64,000 bases of DNA from the human T2T-CHM13v2.0 reference genome, Homo sapiens, in the NCBI RefSeq assembly GCF_009914755.1, contig NC_060936.1; one strand, written 5' to 3'. The notes beneath the pieces were generated by a model, which did no database searches, was not told the DNA's origin, and saw nothing but the letters and a program-made list of their open reading frames with translations. Below, in pieces: positions 47,876-64,000 of the stretch (position 1 is the first letter of the stretch; every line of letters starts with the position of its first letter). Made by a program: the position numbers and the translations under genes.

Positions 47876-48283
47876 TACATGGTTTAGATGTTTGTTCCCT
47901 CCAAATCTCATACCGAAATGTGGTTCCCAGTGTTGGAGGTGGGGTCTGGTGGGAGGTGCTTGGATCATGGGAGTGGACCCCTCATGAACGGCTTAGCAGC
48001 ATCCCCTTGGTGATGACTGAGTTCTCCAAATTTACATGAAATCTGGTTGTTTAAAAGCGTGTGGCACCTCCCTGCTCTCTCTCTTGCCCCTGGTCTCACC
48101 ATTTTATACACTGGCTCACCTTTGCCTTCTGCCGTGATTGGAAGCTTCCTGAGGCCTCACCTGAAGCAGATGCCAGCACCATGCTTCCAGTACAGCCTGC
48201 AGAACCCTGAGCCAATTAAACCTCTTTTCTTTATAAATTATCCAGCCTCAGGTATTTCTTTATAGCAACACAAGAACTGACAC
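47876..48283 (+). mobile_element. MSTB-like MaLR LTR
   Basis: catggtttagatgtttgttccctccaaatctcat...ccagcctcaggtatttctttatagcaa. Confidence 0.85.
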
Positions 48284-48424
48284 ACTCGCCCATCTGGAAA
48301 CATGGGATGGACAAGTTATTAAAATACCTTTGAAGACAATAGAAGTTAGACAATATCAAGCACCTAGAATTTTGGGGGTAAAAAATTCCACACTGGGTTT
48401 TTGTGGGGGTTGTTCTGGTTCAGG

Positions 48425-48704
48425 TTTTTTTCTTTTTGCCCAGGCTGGAGTACAGTGGCATGATCATAGCTCACTGTAGACTTGAACTCCTGGGCTCAAG
48501 CAATGCTTCTACCTCATCCCCCTGAGTAGCTAGGACTATAGGTATGCGCTACCACACCCAGCTATTTTTATTTTTTTATTTTCTGTAGAAACAGGATCTT
48601 ATTATGTTGCCCAGCCTGGTCTTGAACTCCTTGGCTCAAGCAATCCTCCCGCCTCAGCCTCCCAGAGTGCTGGGATTACGGGTGTGAGTCAACACACCTG
48701 GACT
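48425..48704 (-). mobile_element. AluJo-like
   Basis: Diverged dimer. Confidence 0.85.
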
Positions 48705-50353
48705 AACACTGTATATAGTGAAAATAACTGACAAGGGCATATTTTTAAAATGTCTTTAGGTGATTTACTTTACCACTCAGTTCAGTTTACTGTTCATGTG
48801 CTATCAAGAAACAAATTTAAAGCAAAATACTGCCAATAATATGAAACTGATAAGCACACAAAAATAATTGAGAACTATGTAGGAACTGAAATATATTACT
48901 ATATAATTTTGTAGAAAATGTACTTTCCATTTACATGTTGGAAATATATTGGTATATTCATATTTTAACATAAGATATGCATTGATCCCTATGGCACTAG
49001 GAAGCAATACAGCACAATTGAAAGATATCTGGGATCAGAAACACCTGAATTTGCTTCTTGAATCTGCATGAGTGCTGATTATAAAACTACTGACTTTGTA
49101 ACTCTGGGCAAGTTATTCAATTTTTCTAACCTTTTCACCCATAAATAAAAATGGGGAAGACATTGCAAGACTTGTAAAGATTGAAGAATATAATTTTATG
49201 TAAAAAAAGTGGCCTGTGTGATGTTTACAACATTGCTTATAATAATAATAAAGTCAAAAATCATCCAAGTATCTATCATTAAGAAAATATTAAGTAACAA
49301 CAGTATATACACCAGATTAGTGGTTCTCAAATTTTAGTGCACATAAGAATGTTCTAGGGGGTTGTAAAATGCATATTTCCAGGCCTTACACTTAGAAATT
49401 CTTAGAATACTCAGAAATCCTGGGGTGGGATCAGGAAATAACACGTTTAACAAACAACCATAGGTGCTTCTGATGGAGGACATCTATGAAAAGTATGCAG
49501 TAGATGGAATACGATGATGCCATTAAAAATAACTATGAAGACTTTGAAATAGCATTGAAAAGGTGTATGATATACCCTTAAGTGAAAAATTCAGGATCCA
49601 AACTTGTACGCTTTATCTGATAACTACATTAAACATGCTTGAGAAAAAAGTTGTTTTTAGCAATAAGATTAAAGGTAATTTTTGATCTTTTACTCAAAGT
49701 TTTAAATAGTCATGCTATTATTATAAATGAATCACTAACACATTAAAATTGAAAAAAAAAAAACACATTGGATCCTCATGGCCTTCAGGATTAGGCTCAA
49801 ACTCCTTAGGGCAACACACAAGGTCCTTCTATCTCCAGACTTAGCTCTTGTCCATGCTCCATATCAAACTACTTATAATACCCCAAGCTATATTCTATAT
49901 TTTCACACACTATTATTGAATATACTGTTCCTTCTGCCTGAAATGCCCTTTCTCCAACTTGTCTGGAAAATTCCTATTCATCCCACAAGATTCAAGCACT
50001 ACCTCCTCTCTGCAGTTTCCCCTGAATACTCCTCCAAGTCAAATTCTGGGTGCCTCCTTCTTGCTCCTAGTATTCCTACAGCATTGTTTGGTATTTCCAT
50101 TGCTCCATATATCACCCTGTATTTTACCTTTTTGCTGATAGATCTATCCCATTATTCTGCAAGTACATGGGGTAGGTAGAGATGATCTCATTTAGTTTTA
50201 GAATCCACAAAGTACTCAGCAAATACTTGTTAAAATAAGTAAAGACCTATTTTTTGTTATCACTGTTCTTAGTTATCAGTTTTCTAAAAAATCCTGAGTG
50301 CCCTGCTGGTTAGTTGGATAACACTTGGCTCAATGATTAATGAGCTTTGTCTA

Positions 50354-50381
50354 ATATATACATATATATATACACACACAC
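50354..50381. repeat. (TA)n(CA)n microsatellite
   Basis: atatatacatatatatatacacacacacg. Confidence 0.8.
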
Positions 50382-51089
50382 GTAGCATAAAACAAACCCA
50401 TGAAAAATTTTTAAGAAATAGTTTAACCATTGTTTGTAATTCTTCACGTTCTCTGCTTATGTCTTCAAAGTTTCTATCAACCTTCAGGATGACAGACCAC
50501 TCTGGTCAATAGCCAAAGCAGGCTAACAGGAATAACTCTGCTCTGGGCTCCTCCATTGCTGGAGTTTACCCAGCCAAAGAACATCCCTGCAGAATTCTTG
50601 CTGCTTCCCCCAAACACACTCCCACTCACTGCCATCTCCGCACTAGCAGTAAAATATCTATATAAAACAGAGATAATTCTGTAAGTAAATAGAGCAGTTT
50701 TTTAGTATATTCAAAACACTAGATACTATATTTAGTATATTTGTGTAATACATAAAACATTTCAAATGCAGATTACTAACTAGAGGTACCAAACAAGAAC
50801 CTAAAGTGACTAATAGTAATTCAGGCCAAAAAAAAAAAAAAGAAAGAAAAATCAATGTGGAAGAATACTAATTGAGATCCAGGTATCAGAACTTCAAATG
50901 CTTTCCCTGTACCGTAAAACATAAGTTTTAGGAATAACCTGGATGCTGAAGCCAACTTGCAACACAATTTTTTTAAAAAGAAAAACAAAATACATTTTTT
51001 AACATTTGAATCTCAAGCCACATTAGGCATTAAAGCTGTGATACAACTTTGTTCCATATCTCTGTCACCTGTGATATAATAAATGTGTA

Positions 51090-53611
<2,522 letters not shown>

Positions 53612-53809
53612 TACATCTAAGTAATAACGTCTGATATAGGCAAATAATATATGTTTATATCTAAAATGGGTTTATATAATCCAATAAAAAATTCTAGAGA
53701 CTAAATGAGTAGCAAAAAGAAAATACTTTTCTATCACCAGCCATATACTCTCTCATTTCTCATGTCTCCAGTCAAATCCCTTCCCCTTCAGCCTTTAAGA
53801 AGGAAGAAT

Positions 53810-54382
<573 letters not shown>

Positions 54383-54663
54383 TGGAAGAATTACCACCTG
54401 TATCCAACATTCTCTTACGAGCCTGGCAAAATCCACTCCATTTGTTCTGCCAGAAGAGGTCGATGGCTTTACTATTTTGGCCTAATGTTTTGTTGCCTCT
54501 TTAAATGAAAATACGAAAAGAGCTGCTTCTTTCTAAAAGCTTTACCAATCAATTACAACTTCACTATGAATTAACTGTCAGGTCCCACAAACACTTTTTG
54601 GTGGTAAAGAAAGGAAAGAAAAGGCACTGGGTCCATGACGTTAGAGGATAAATTAACATTGAG

Positions 54664-55580
54664 GTATAAGCATTCCCTTTCCTCTGCAGCCTCACCAGCA
54701 TCTATTGTCTTTCGACTTTTAAATAACAGCCATTCTGACTAGTGTGAGATGCTATCTCTCACTGTGGTTTTGATTTGCATTTCTCTGATAACTAGTGATG
54801 CTGAGCATTTTTTATGTTTGTTGGCCACTTGTATGTCTTCTTTTGAGAAATGTCTGTTCATGTACTTTACTCATTTTTTAATAGAGTTACTTGTTTTTTG
54901 CTTGTTGACTTAAGTTCCCTATAGCTTCTGGATATTAGGCCTTTGTCAGATACACAGATTGCAAATATCTTCTCCCATTCTGTAGGTTGTCTGTCAGTGT
55001 GGAAGGTAGTACAGAGATTTCTCAAAGAACCTAAAATTGCTACCATTCGACCCAGCAATCCCATTGCTGTGTATATACCCAAAAGAAAATAAATCATTCT
55101 ACCAAAAAGACACATGCATTCATGTTCATTGCTGTGCTATGCACAATAGCAAAGACATGGAATCAATCTAGATGCCCATCAATGGTAGACTGGACAAGAA
55201 AATGTGGTACATATACACCATGGAATACTAGGTAGCCATAAAAAAGAATGAATCCATGTCCTCTGCAGCAACATGGATGGAGCTGGAGGCCATAATCCTA
55301 AGAAAATTAACACAGGAACAGAAGACCAAATACCACATGTTCTCACTTATAAGTGGGAGCTAAATATAAAGCATATGTGGACATAAATAAGGGAACGAAA
55401 GACACAGTGGACTACTAGAGGGTGGAAGGGGGGTAGATTAAAAAACAGCCTATTAGGTACTATGCTCACTACCTAGGTGACAGGATCCATGCTCCAAACC
55501 TCAGTGTCATGCAATATTTCCATGTAACTAATCTACATACATACTTCCTGTATCTAAAATCTGTTGAAAATTTTTTTTAA
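54664..55580 (+). mobile_element. 5'-inverted L1PB1-like fragment (inverted 54664-54994, forward 54995-55580)
   Basis: Antisense ORF2 ([11 protein letters not shown]) joined to a sense 3' end ...ggactactagagggtgg...gtactatgctcactacct...tgtatctaaaa. Confidence 0.85.
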
Positions 55581-56026
55581 ATATTCAGATAGGCTGGAAT
55601 CTAGAGATGATGCCAGCTGGCACAAAAACTGGAGCCAGGGTGAACTTGTAGTAATTAGAAAAAAACGCTTTTTTTCTGAGATGTGATTGAGGAGGGTTAA
55701 AGGGAATGTGGTGTGGGAAATAGAAACAGGAAAGGAGGTTGGCTGTTTATGCTCACATCCATCAATCAAGATTTGATCCAATTTGATCAAAGAATGGTAA
55801 CAAGTCTAAGCAGTTTGTTTCAGTTCAGTTAACTAGAAGTGATTAACCACTTCAAATAAAGCTACTCTCATAACACAATAGAATCCAAATAACTCTACTG
55901 CACAGCTTAATCAAAGTTCCATTTCACAACTAGATCCATGAAGACATGTCATTTAATAAGAAACATGATTCATAAGAATCAGATTCAGAGATGAACACTC
56001 TGGACAGTGCAGTAGAAGAAACAGAG

Positions 56027-56748
<722 letters not shown>

Positions 56749-59700
56749 CTGTGGAAAACAAAATTTATCCTTTGGTCATATTTTTTGATCCATCTTCAAA
56801 TATCAATTAAAAGCCTCATCCAGATTTAACACAAATGTAAAATGTATTTGATATCCTACTGACACCAAAGAAGAAAAGTAGACTCTTAAGAAAAGTTTCT
56901 AGATCTGTATTACACAAGAAAATTCAATGAGTTTTCAACTGGCATTGTGCCTCTGCCTGCCCGTACGGCTTACATAACCATGTCCTCACATGCATGAGAA
57001 AGAACTGGAAGATAGAAGCGTCTTCTTTGTAAATTCCTTTTTCAAATATAAAATATTCTCCCATATCAACATATGATGAGTAATAAAAACTCACTGTATT
57101 TTAATTAACTAACATCATTCTGCAATATGTCCAAAACGGAAACTAAAGACACTCTAAAATGCATTAAGTGTTAAATATCTTCAGGTTCCATAGGTTGAAA
57201 TTAGTCTTTTCTAACCTTTGTCTGGCATTATAGTCAGCTTCCATTTCTAGTTAAATACTCAGGAATAATGTTCTATCATAGGCTTCTGATAGAATTTTCC
57301 AAAATTACCTCAAAATTATTTCAGTATATAACTGAACTAATCAAATTGTTTACTGTCACCTGAAAGGTTAAGTTGCTAAAGTCAGCAGAGGCACTAATAA
57401 ATATTATATGCTTCTGCCTTAATGTCAGTGAAGACTTGCATCAGCCTTTGTCATCTGTAAGAAATCGAGTCACACAAGAAACTGTGCAATGGATGGACAG
57501 GTTGAGTAGTAGTCACTGGCTGGCTGCCCTAGTTCACTGCTACACATCACCCTCAGTGTTTTGAAAAGGGAGCTGAAAACCCTGCTCAGTGGAGAAAGAG
57601 GTCAATACCAAAATTCACCCTCCTTTCTCCTTACTCCCCATCATGCAGCTGGCACTGTTCACTCTGGCAGATACAGCTCCCTGAACATAATGGTGCAATC
57701 ACCACTTCAAACATCATTACTATCTAAAATAGATAACCCACTTGCAACTTGACTATTTTTATAGATATAACATTTTCATGGAGCTTAACTGCTCTATTTG
57801 TGATTTATTCCATTTAACCAATGCAGTTTCCCTGAAAGTGAGTTTCTTATATCAGGGTCCCAATAACCACAATTGCCCAAATAGTTGTGAAAATTACAGT
57901 ACTTCCTAGTTGTCTGTTATCTCCCTGTATTCATCACCAAAATGACATGAGCTGAATCCTAAATCTGAAAAATTATAAGCTCTCTGGTTTTTATGTTTTT
58001 GGTGACCAGAAGATTGTTTTGCTCCACTTCTTATTGATCTACTTTTTCACATGGGGATCTTAAGAACTGTATTATTTATTTCTGACAAGAATTTACTAAA
58101 TACACCTTATATAAAACTCAACTCTTCGAGGCATTAAGAAAATCAAATAAATTGAGGCATTAATAAAGTTTTATCACTGTATTAAAATACAAATAATTCT
58201 CTATCCTATACTCAGCAAAAAATTAATTAAATATACATTTTAAATGGAAATTAGTTTTGTTTAGAATAAAAGGTAGTTGTGCCAAAGGAAGAGAGGTTTT
58301 TTTTTAAGATTTTGCAGCTGTCTCATAAAAGATATGTTAAATAAACTGAAATTTCACATAAAATGTAGAGGAAGAAAAGGAGGGAGGCAACTCAATTTTA
58401 GTGCTCTGATGAGCTCAGATTTCTTTAAGGATGAAAGGGGGTAGTAAGAGGTATAACTGCAAGCAAACACAAAAAAAGAAATATATACTTGTCCAGGAAA
58501 AATGCTAATGTCCTTTTTAGCTAAGTTTGAAAAAGAGAAAAGAGGTGTAATAGTTCACTAATTTCACCTTCAGTTCTGGCAGAGTAAAAGGAAAACTGTG
58601 GGTAGTTTTAAACCACAAGATAATTTTCTATGATATCTAACAATGCCAAGAATCTAATTCTTCCCAACTTTTATTTTGCTTCTATTTTCCCTATTGAGAA
58701 CCATTTTCAAATCAGAAGGGATAAACAAATAACTTCAGGAGATTACTGAAGGTCCAAACGAGACCATAAGGGACAGTAAGCTGCTTTAAATAAGTATGCA
58801 TATCCAGACCCAGAAGAATTAGATGCAAGAGGGTAGAAGGAATTTTTGCCAATACTAGGAATTACCAATGGCTCACTGCCAGAAACAAGCCATAATAAAG
58901 TAGACTGATTTTGATGGAATTTAAAGGATAGATCAAAAGAATGCCATACACTTAAATACAGTGTGAATTTAGAAAGGCAGTAGATAAAATACCTCACAAT
59001 ATTCTCACAGGAACAATGGAGAGAAATAGCTGATTGTCATTGCGTGGCTTCAATCCTGGTAGAAATACCATGAGTAAAGACTGTTACTTTTAAATTTATA
59101 CTAAGTTGAAGAGAGGTGCTTTGGGGATATAGCACAGTGTGTTGAATTTAGGTTATAGAAAACATGCTTATTACATCTCTGGATGATACAGGGGAGAGAA
59201 GTTAATACGCTGAAAGACAGACTCAAGAGTCAGAAAGAAGAAAAAAAAGAGTCAAAAAGATATAGAGAAATTACAAATACAACATAAAACAAATCAGATA
59301 AAAAGGAACAGGAATAATTTAAGCTCAATCAACACTTTTAAAAGTACCAGAAAGGGGACCTGGCTTCACAGGTCATTGAAAAAAAAAAATGCCAGGAAAT
59401 TTTAATTGACTGTATGTTCAACATGAGCCAACACCATTACATGGCCCAGAAAATCTTGACCTGTAGGTAGGTCTTAGATCAATAATAAAGAGATAATAAT
59501 TTCATTGTATCATGTTTTAATAGCTGCTATTTTATTTTAATTACATAATACATATTCATTACAGAACACTGAAAATAAAGCCCACCCACAATTCCACCAC
59601 TCAAAGATGAATACTATCTTCATTTTGGCATCTTATCATTCCAGACTTCTTAAGCACATTATAAGTGTTCAAACAAACTTATTTTTTCTTGCAAAAATAA

Positions 59701-62700
59701 GATCATACTATAAATGCTTCTTGTAACCTGCTGTCCTTGGTTTTCTTATTCAGCCATAATGTTCTACTCTGGTCAAGGGACATCTACTGCATTTTGTGAA
59801 TTTCTAGTCACCATACTTTAAGAGGGTCATTGCAAAATTTGAGAATATGTAAAGAAGGAAAGAGAGAGTAGAGAAAAGTATGAAAACTAAGTTCTTAACA
59901 TCTATGCTGTCTTGCCATATAAAAGGTTAACAGAGATGATAGCTCTTCCATGAAAAATACTTATAAGAAAACAAAAATACATGCATCTAAAGAACTATCC
60001 TGCAGATGAATTAGACTGCTTTATATTGACCCATACAGCCAATCTACTACCAATTGCTGAAAGTCACAGGGAAGTGGATTTTAGCTCAATGAAAAGAAAA
60101 ATTTTAAAATAATTACAGCTGTCAAAAATAGAATGAATCTAGTCATTGGAAGGTTTAACAGGGCTGGAATAACTAACAGGTAAGAAATGTTACAGAGAAA
60201 ATTTCCGCACTAGGTGAGAAGTTGGAAGAAAGTTCCCTCCTTATTTGACGATTCTATGATTGCTATGGGAAATTTACTCCCAGTCCAATAGGAAGCAAAT
60301 CTTTAGTCATTAAGGCCTTAAAGAATACAGTCAAGTGCTTTAGAGGTGCATGAAAAATATTAACACTAACGATGAACACCTATATGCTAAATGTTTTGCA
60401 TTCATTACTTTATACTTCATTTAATCCTTATAATGATCTTATATGATAGGTACTATTATTACTATTTCCACTCTGATAGAATAGTGAGGCTTAGAGAGGT
60501 TTTTAAATTTATTCAATGGCATTCTTACATTTGCTGAAAATTGCAGTGCCACCCAAAAGCATACCTGATTCCCCATTACATAGTTACTGTTGAAAGGATA
60601 ATTTCTTATTACCAGTAGATAACAAGTAATCAGAAGCATCTTCAGAAAAGTTCTTGTCTAGTGAACCCTCAAAGGGCAGTTGTGAGATTTTTTTAATTAG
60701 AAAAAAATACCAAAATTTAAGGAATTTCAAATTATTCTTCATAGCAAAAAATGTTCAGATTGGCCTGTCTAAATTGGCCACATACCTTTAAACTTTTGTG
60801 AATAAAACAGATTCAATGAATGAGACTTAAAATGTTGTAAAACAAATCTGAATCACAGATTTTCAAATCTTTGCCATTATTAATTAAGTGACCATGGGCA
60901 AGTCCTTAATCTTATCTTTTTATTCCTTCATCTGTGAAATGACAATGGACCTCCTAAGGCTGACACAAGAATTGAATGAGATGACACGTGTAAGCACTTA
61001 GCATAGGGTCTGACACCATTATTACACAACCCAGGTAATAAAGCAAGCGGGGAAAAAGTGCCAAACATATTCTACAGTTCCTTCTAAAACATTAAGAAAT
61101 TTCAAAGTGTCATTATGTTTGACGGGGGACACATTTTCCATTATCCTGCCAATAAATTTCTGATGACAATCATTTTTGAAATAAAGTGACAACTAAATAA
61201 AATGTGCCTTCTTAGGAATGTCATTTTATGCAAATGATTGCCCAAAGAATACAATTTCAACTCTCATTTTCTTCAGACACTATTCAGTATAAGATGGATA
61301 AAAGCAAGTTTAAAGGTTATTGGTTTTGTTTGTGATTTTTACAACTTGGTTCGAAGTACTCTAATAAACACATGTTGTTTACTTTTGTTTTCTATGTGCA
61401 ATCTTTGTTGTAGAGCTACTACTACTACTACAACACCAGCAAAAGAGAAAACCTCTCACTCAAGATATACACTGTGGGTCACTATTTTGATACTTTAGTG
61501 TCCACTAACATTAAATACTTGGTGTTTTATCCCTAAAACTTGACATCTATTCTTTAAAAAAAAAAAAAAAATCACAGCTGGGAAAGGAGTATTTAAAGGA
61601 TGTTTGCTTTTGAGTTTTGTCACAAGGAGTGTTTTTAAAATACGATTTATCACAATAAAATTAAGTGAAATTCTCACTGTTCTCAAATAATTCCTCATGT
61701 TTTCCCGAAGAAATTGTTTATTTTGAGAAAATTCTTTCAGCATACCAGTTTTTAGACATAATCATTTTTATAACTGATGGATCCACAGCAAACGTTGTTA
61801 TTTTACGTGTAACTTAAAACTGTAAAGAGATAAACTGCTTTCACATAAACTACATGTGACTACAGGCAATTATTAGAGCTGCAATCTGAAATATGCACAC
61901 ATTGTCTACCTGTGTTTGAAAGAGAAGATTATTTAACAAGGGAGTACACACAAGTCATCTCTATGACCTATTGAAAAAATGTCCCATAAATATTCATTCT
62001 TCTGACATGAACTATCATTCCAATAAAATGTCACTGTCAACGAGTATATAGAATAACATATGGGGCTTTTTAAAATCCCATCGACTATTTTTCAACTCAA
62101 TTTATTTCACTGTAATAGAAACTTTCCATTTTCCCTTTTAGCTAGCCCTATAATTAATTGCACTGTCTGACCACCACAACCTATGAGAACTTGTGTAAAG
62201 AACGCAATGTCATCACCCAAAAGTTTCTATTAAGCACTTGTCAAGGGTAGCATGGAACAGTTTTTAAAAAACCAGGGAAATCACTTGGGCTTTCTAAAAT
62301 TTTTACAACTATAGTTGGGTTATCCAAGAGATGTTTTAAGGCGAAGATATGAATGACAATTGATGACTCCAAAAATACCCAGGATAAATTGGATAGCCAC
62401 GATTTTAGAAACTAAAGAGCTTCCCTTGAATTGTATCTAGTGAATACTCTCCAGGCTTCCTCCCTCCCAGTTGATTTCATTTGTCCATCAATACAACTTT
62501 TAATAGTTTCTCAAGTATGGAAATCAACCCCGCTATTTCCAAGGTACTGCTGAATGAAGACCTTGACATTTTTTTTAAATGTCATCTTAGAAAGATTCTC
62601 CAAGCAATACCAGTCTCACCTACGACATCTTCACGTTAAAAGGCCTCTACCGTACTCCATATACAGTATCCCAATACCAACCTGGCATCCTTCATCCTGA

Positions 62701-63324
62701 GCTATAACAACCAAGTTTCACTCAGCTATGTCCAGGTAACTGAAAGTATTGCTGGGGCTGCCTAACCTGCCCCATCAAGTTTTATACACACCCTGTGCTG
62801 AAGACATCTCACCAGAAAGAAGGTTCACTCACTTCATTTTGTGGGATCATAACCCACGGCACAGCAAACGCCTTCTGCAAGAGAAGGTAGGAGCCACCGA
62901 AGGCTGTGGCTTTTGCAGGGTAATTGCATGCACGCAAGAGATTCTCTGCCAATTTCATTTAACTAGACAAAAAAGGCTGCGTTCAAAGCTGCAAATATGT
63001 AATAAATGTTGATGGAAAGCGGGCGGAACGTCGATTTTCTTCAAGCAACACTAGTACATGTACAAGTTCTGCACCAGGGCTCAGAGGAAAAGTAGCTTAC
63101 TGACGCATTGATGGAAGGCTATTTTAAAATTACTCAAAGAATCTAAGGCATCAATCTGACTGGGAGGCTCATACCTCCTCTCCATACACGCAGTCTGTTT
63201 TCCTACCTAATTTAAGAATGAATCGCTGGCAGCCACCAGGTGCAATAACCGTGAGGAGGAGGACGTATATCCATCACAATGCATAATGAGGTGTGCCAAC
63301 CCCGGAGCTGGTGCCCGTCCTTAC

Positions 63325-63458
63325 CTTAGCAGATTAGACAGGGGCAGGGGTCCGGATCCACCGCCCAGGATCCCTCCTTTCCTGCCAGACAGGAGTTTCT
63401 CCACCAGAGCCACATTTCCAGTGCGAGCAGCTTCCAGCAGCTCCTGGTCCTTCCCCAT
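63325..63458 (-). CDS. ANKS1B: ANKS1B (AIDA-1/EB-1) first coding exon, 134 nt, phase-2 end
   Basis: Manual translation of the minus strand from gagactATGg gives [44 protein letters not shown](S), the N-terminus I recognise as ANKS1B. The Kozak context is strong (A-3, G+4), the exon ends at a consensus donor AAG|GTAAGG, and it lies in a CpG island. Confidence 0.96.
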
Positions 63459-63657
63459 AGTCTCTCACCGACTCCCCCACAGAGTCCTTGCCCCCCTCGG
63501 GTCCTCCTCCCCACCCACCCCCACTCCCCAAAATCCAGGGCCCTCTTCGCCCCACCCTAAAATAATGCAAGAGCTTCAGCACGGAGAGCTCCCTGCAGCC
63601 CCAGGCAGGGAGCACGACTCTCTCCTCCTCTTCGGGGCGCAGCTTTTACAATGGGGA

Positions 63658-63666
63658 TCAGACCAT
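63658..63666 (-). promoter_or_regulatory. Minimal uORF (ATG GTC TGA) in ANKS1B leader
   Basis: Minus strand reads aagacATGGTCTGA. It is the only ATG between the window end and the main start; G at -3 and +4. Confidence 0.6.
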
Positions 63667-63985
63667 GTCTTGAAAGAGGGGCTGGCCGAGCTGGGAGCCG
63701 CGACGCGCCCCCACAGCCACTCCCCTGAATTCCCAAGGCCTCGTTCCCGCGGGTGCGGCGTGAGGGGGTGGGGACTCGGGGGTGCTTTTGAGGAGCGGGA
63801 GGAGGGTGGTGAGGACTGAGGTCGGAGGAGGAGGAGGAGGCGGCAGAGAGAGTCCTAGCTGGAGCGGGAGCGCAGGGAACACCCGCGGTGGCAGCAGCGG
63901 CCCGCGCGCCCTCGCGCCCGACCCGGGCTCGCCTCGGCTTCCTCGGCGGTTACGCGGGGGCGGCGTCCGCGGCGGGGAGGAGCGC

Positions 63986-64000
63986 GGCGGCGGCGGCGGC
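63986..64000. repeat. (CGG/CCG)n, at least 5 units, cut by window edge
   Basis: ggcggcggcggcggc at the terminus. Confidence 0.85.

Larger units (their letters stand above)
63459..64000 (-). promoter_or_regulatory. ANKS1B: CpG island / ANKS1B 5' UTR and proximal promoter (truncated by window edge)
   Basis: Abrupt rise in GC and CpG content directly upstream of the ATG, with (GGA)n at ~63824-63840 and (CGG)n at 63986-64000. The exact TSS cannot be determined. Confidence 0.88.

Noticed and set aside
63286-63819. 177-aa plus-strand ORF across exon 1
   Set aside because: Antisense shadow ORF in GC-rich, stop-poor sequence. It is Pro/Ser/Gly-rich with no recognisable domain; the real CDS is on the minus strand.
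63326-63882. Minus-strand track ORFs (62, 93, 74 aa) overlapping exon 1
   Set aside because: Non-ATG starts in frames that do not give the ANKS1B N-terminus, which begins at 63458 and exits by splicing.

Overview
This is human genomic DNA: it contains a human-specific AluYb8, plus primate L1PA, THE1 and Alu elements. The right end is a CpG island holding the 5' UTR and first coding exon of ANKS1B (AIDA-1/EB-1) on the minus strand. That exon runs from the ATG at 63458 through [44 protein letters not shown] to the donor AAG|GTAAGG at 63325/63324, and is missing from the supplied ORF track. The remaining ~63 kb is intron 1, dense in transposable elements (Alu, L1, L2, MIR, MaLR/ERVL LTRs, Tigger1, MER MITEs), with an RPL31 processed pseudogene. 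I found no convincing new gene system. Five observations stand out. (1) An inverted templated copy of a Tigger1-Alu junction sits inside a neighbouring Alu and keeps sequence that the donor site has since lost. (2) A twin-primed L1PA3-like insertion creates a 494-codon chimeric ORF, with a hydrophobic leader fused to an L1 ORF2p fragment, sense to ANKS1B. (3) The ANKS1B leader has a strong-Kozak 2-codon uORF, an RNA G-quadruplex motif and a CCG repeat. (4) There is a candidate poison exon. (5) Two very young Alu insertions may be polymorphic. Repeat subfamily names come from recalled consensus sequences, and old-repeat boundaries are approximate.
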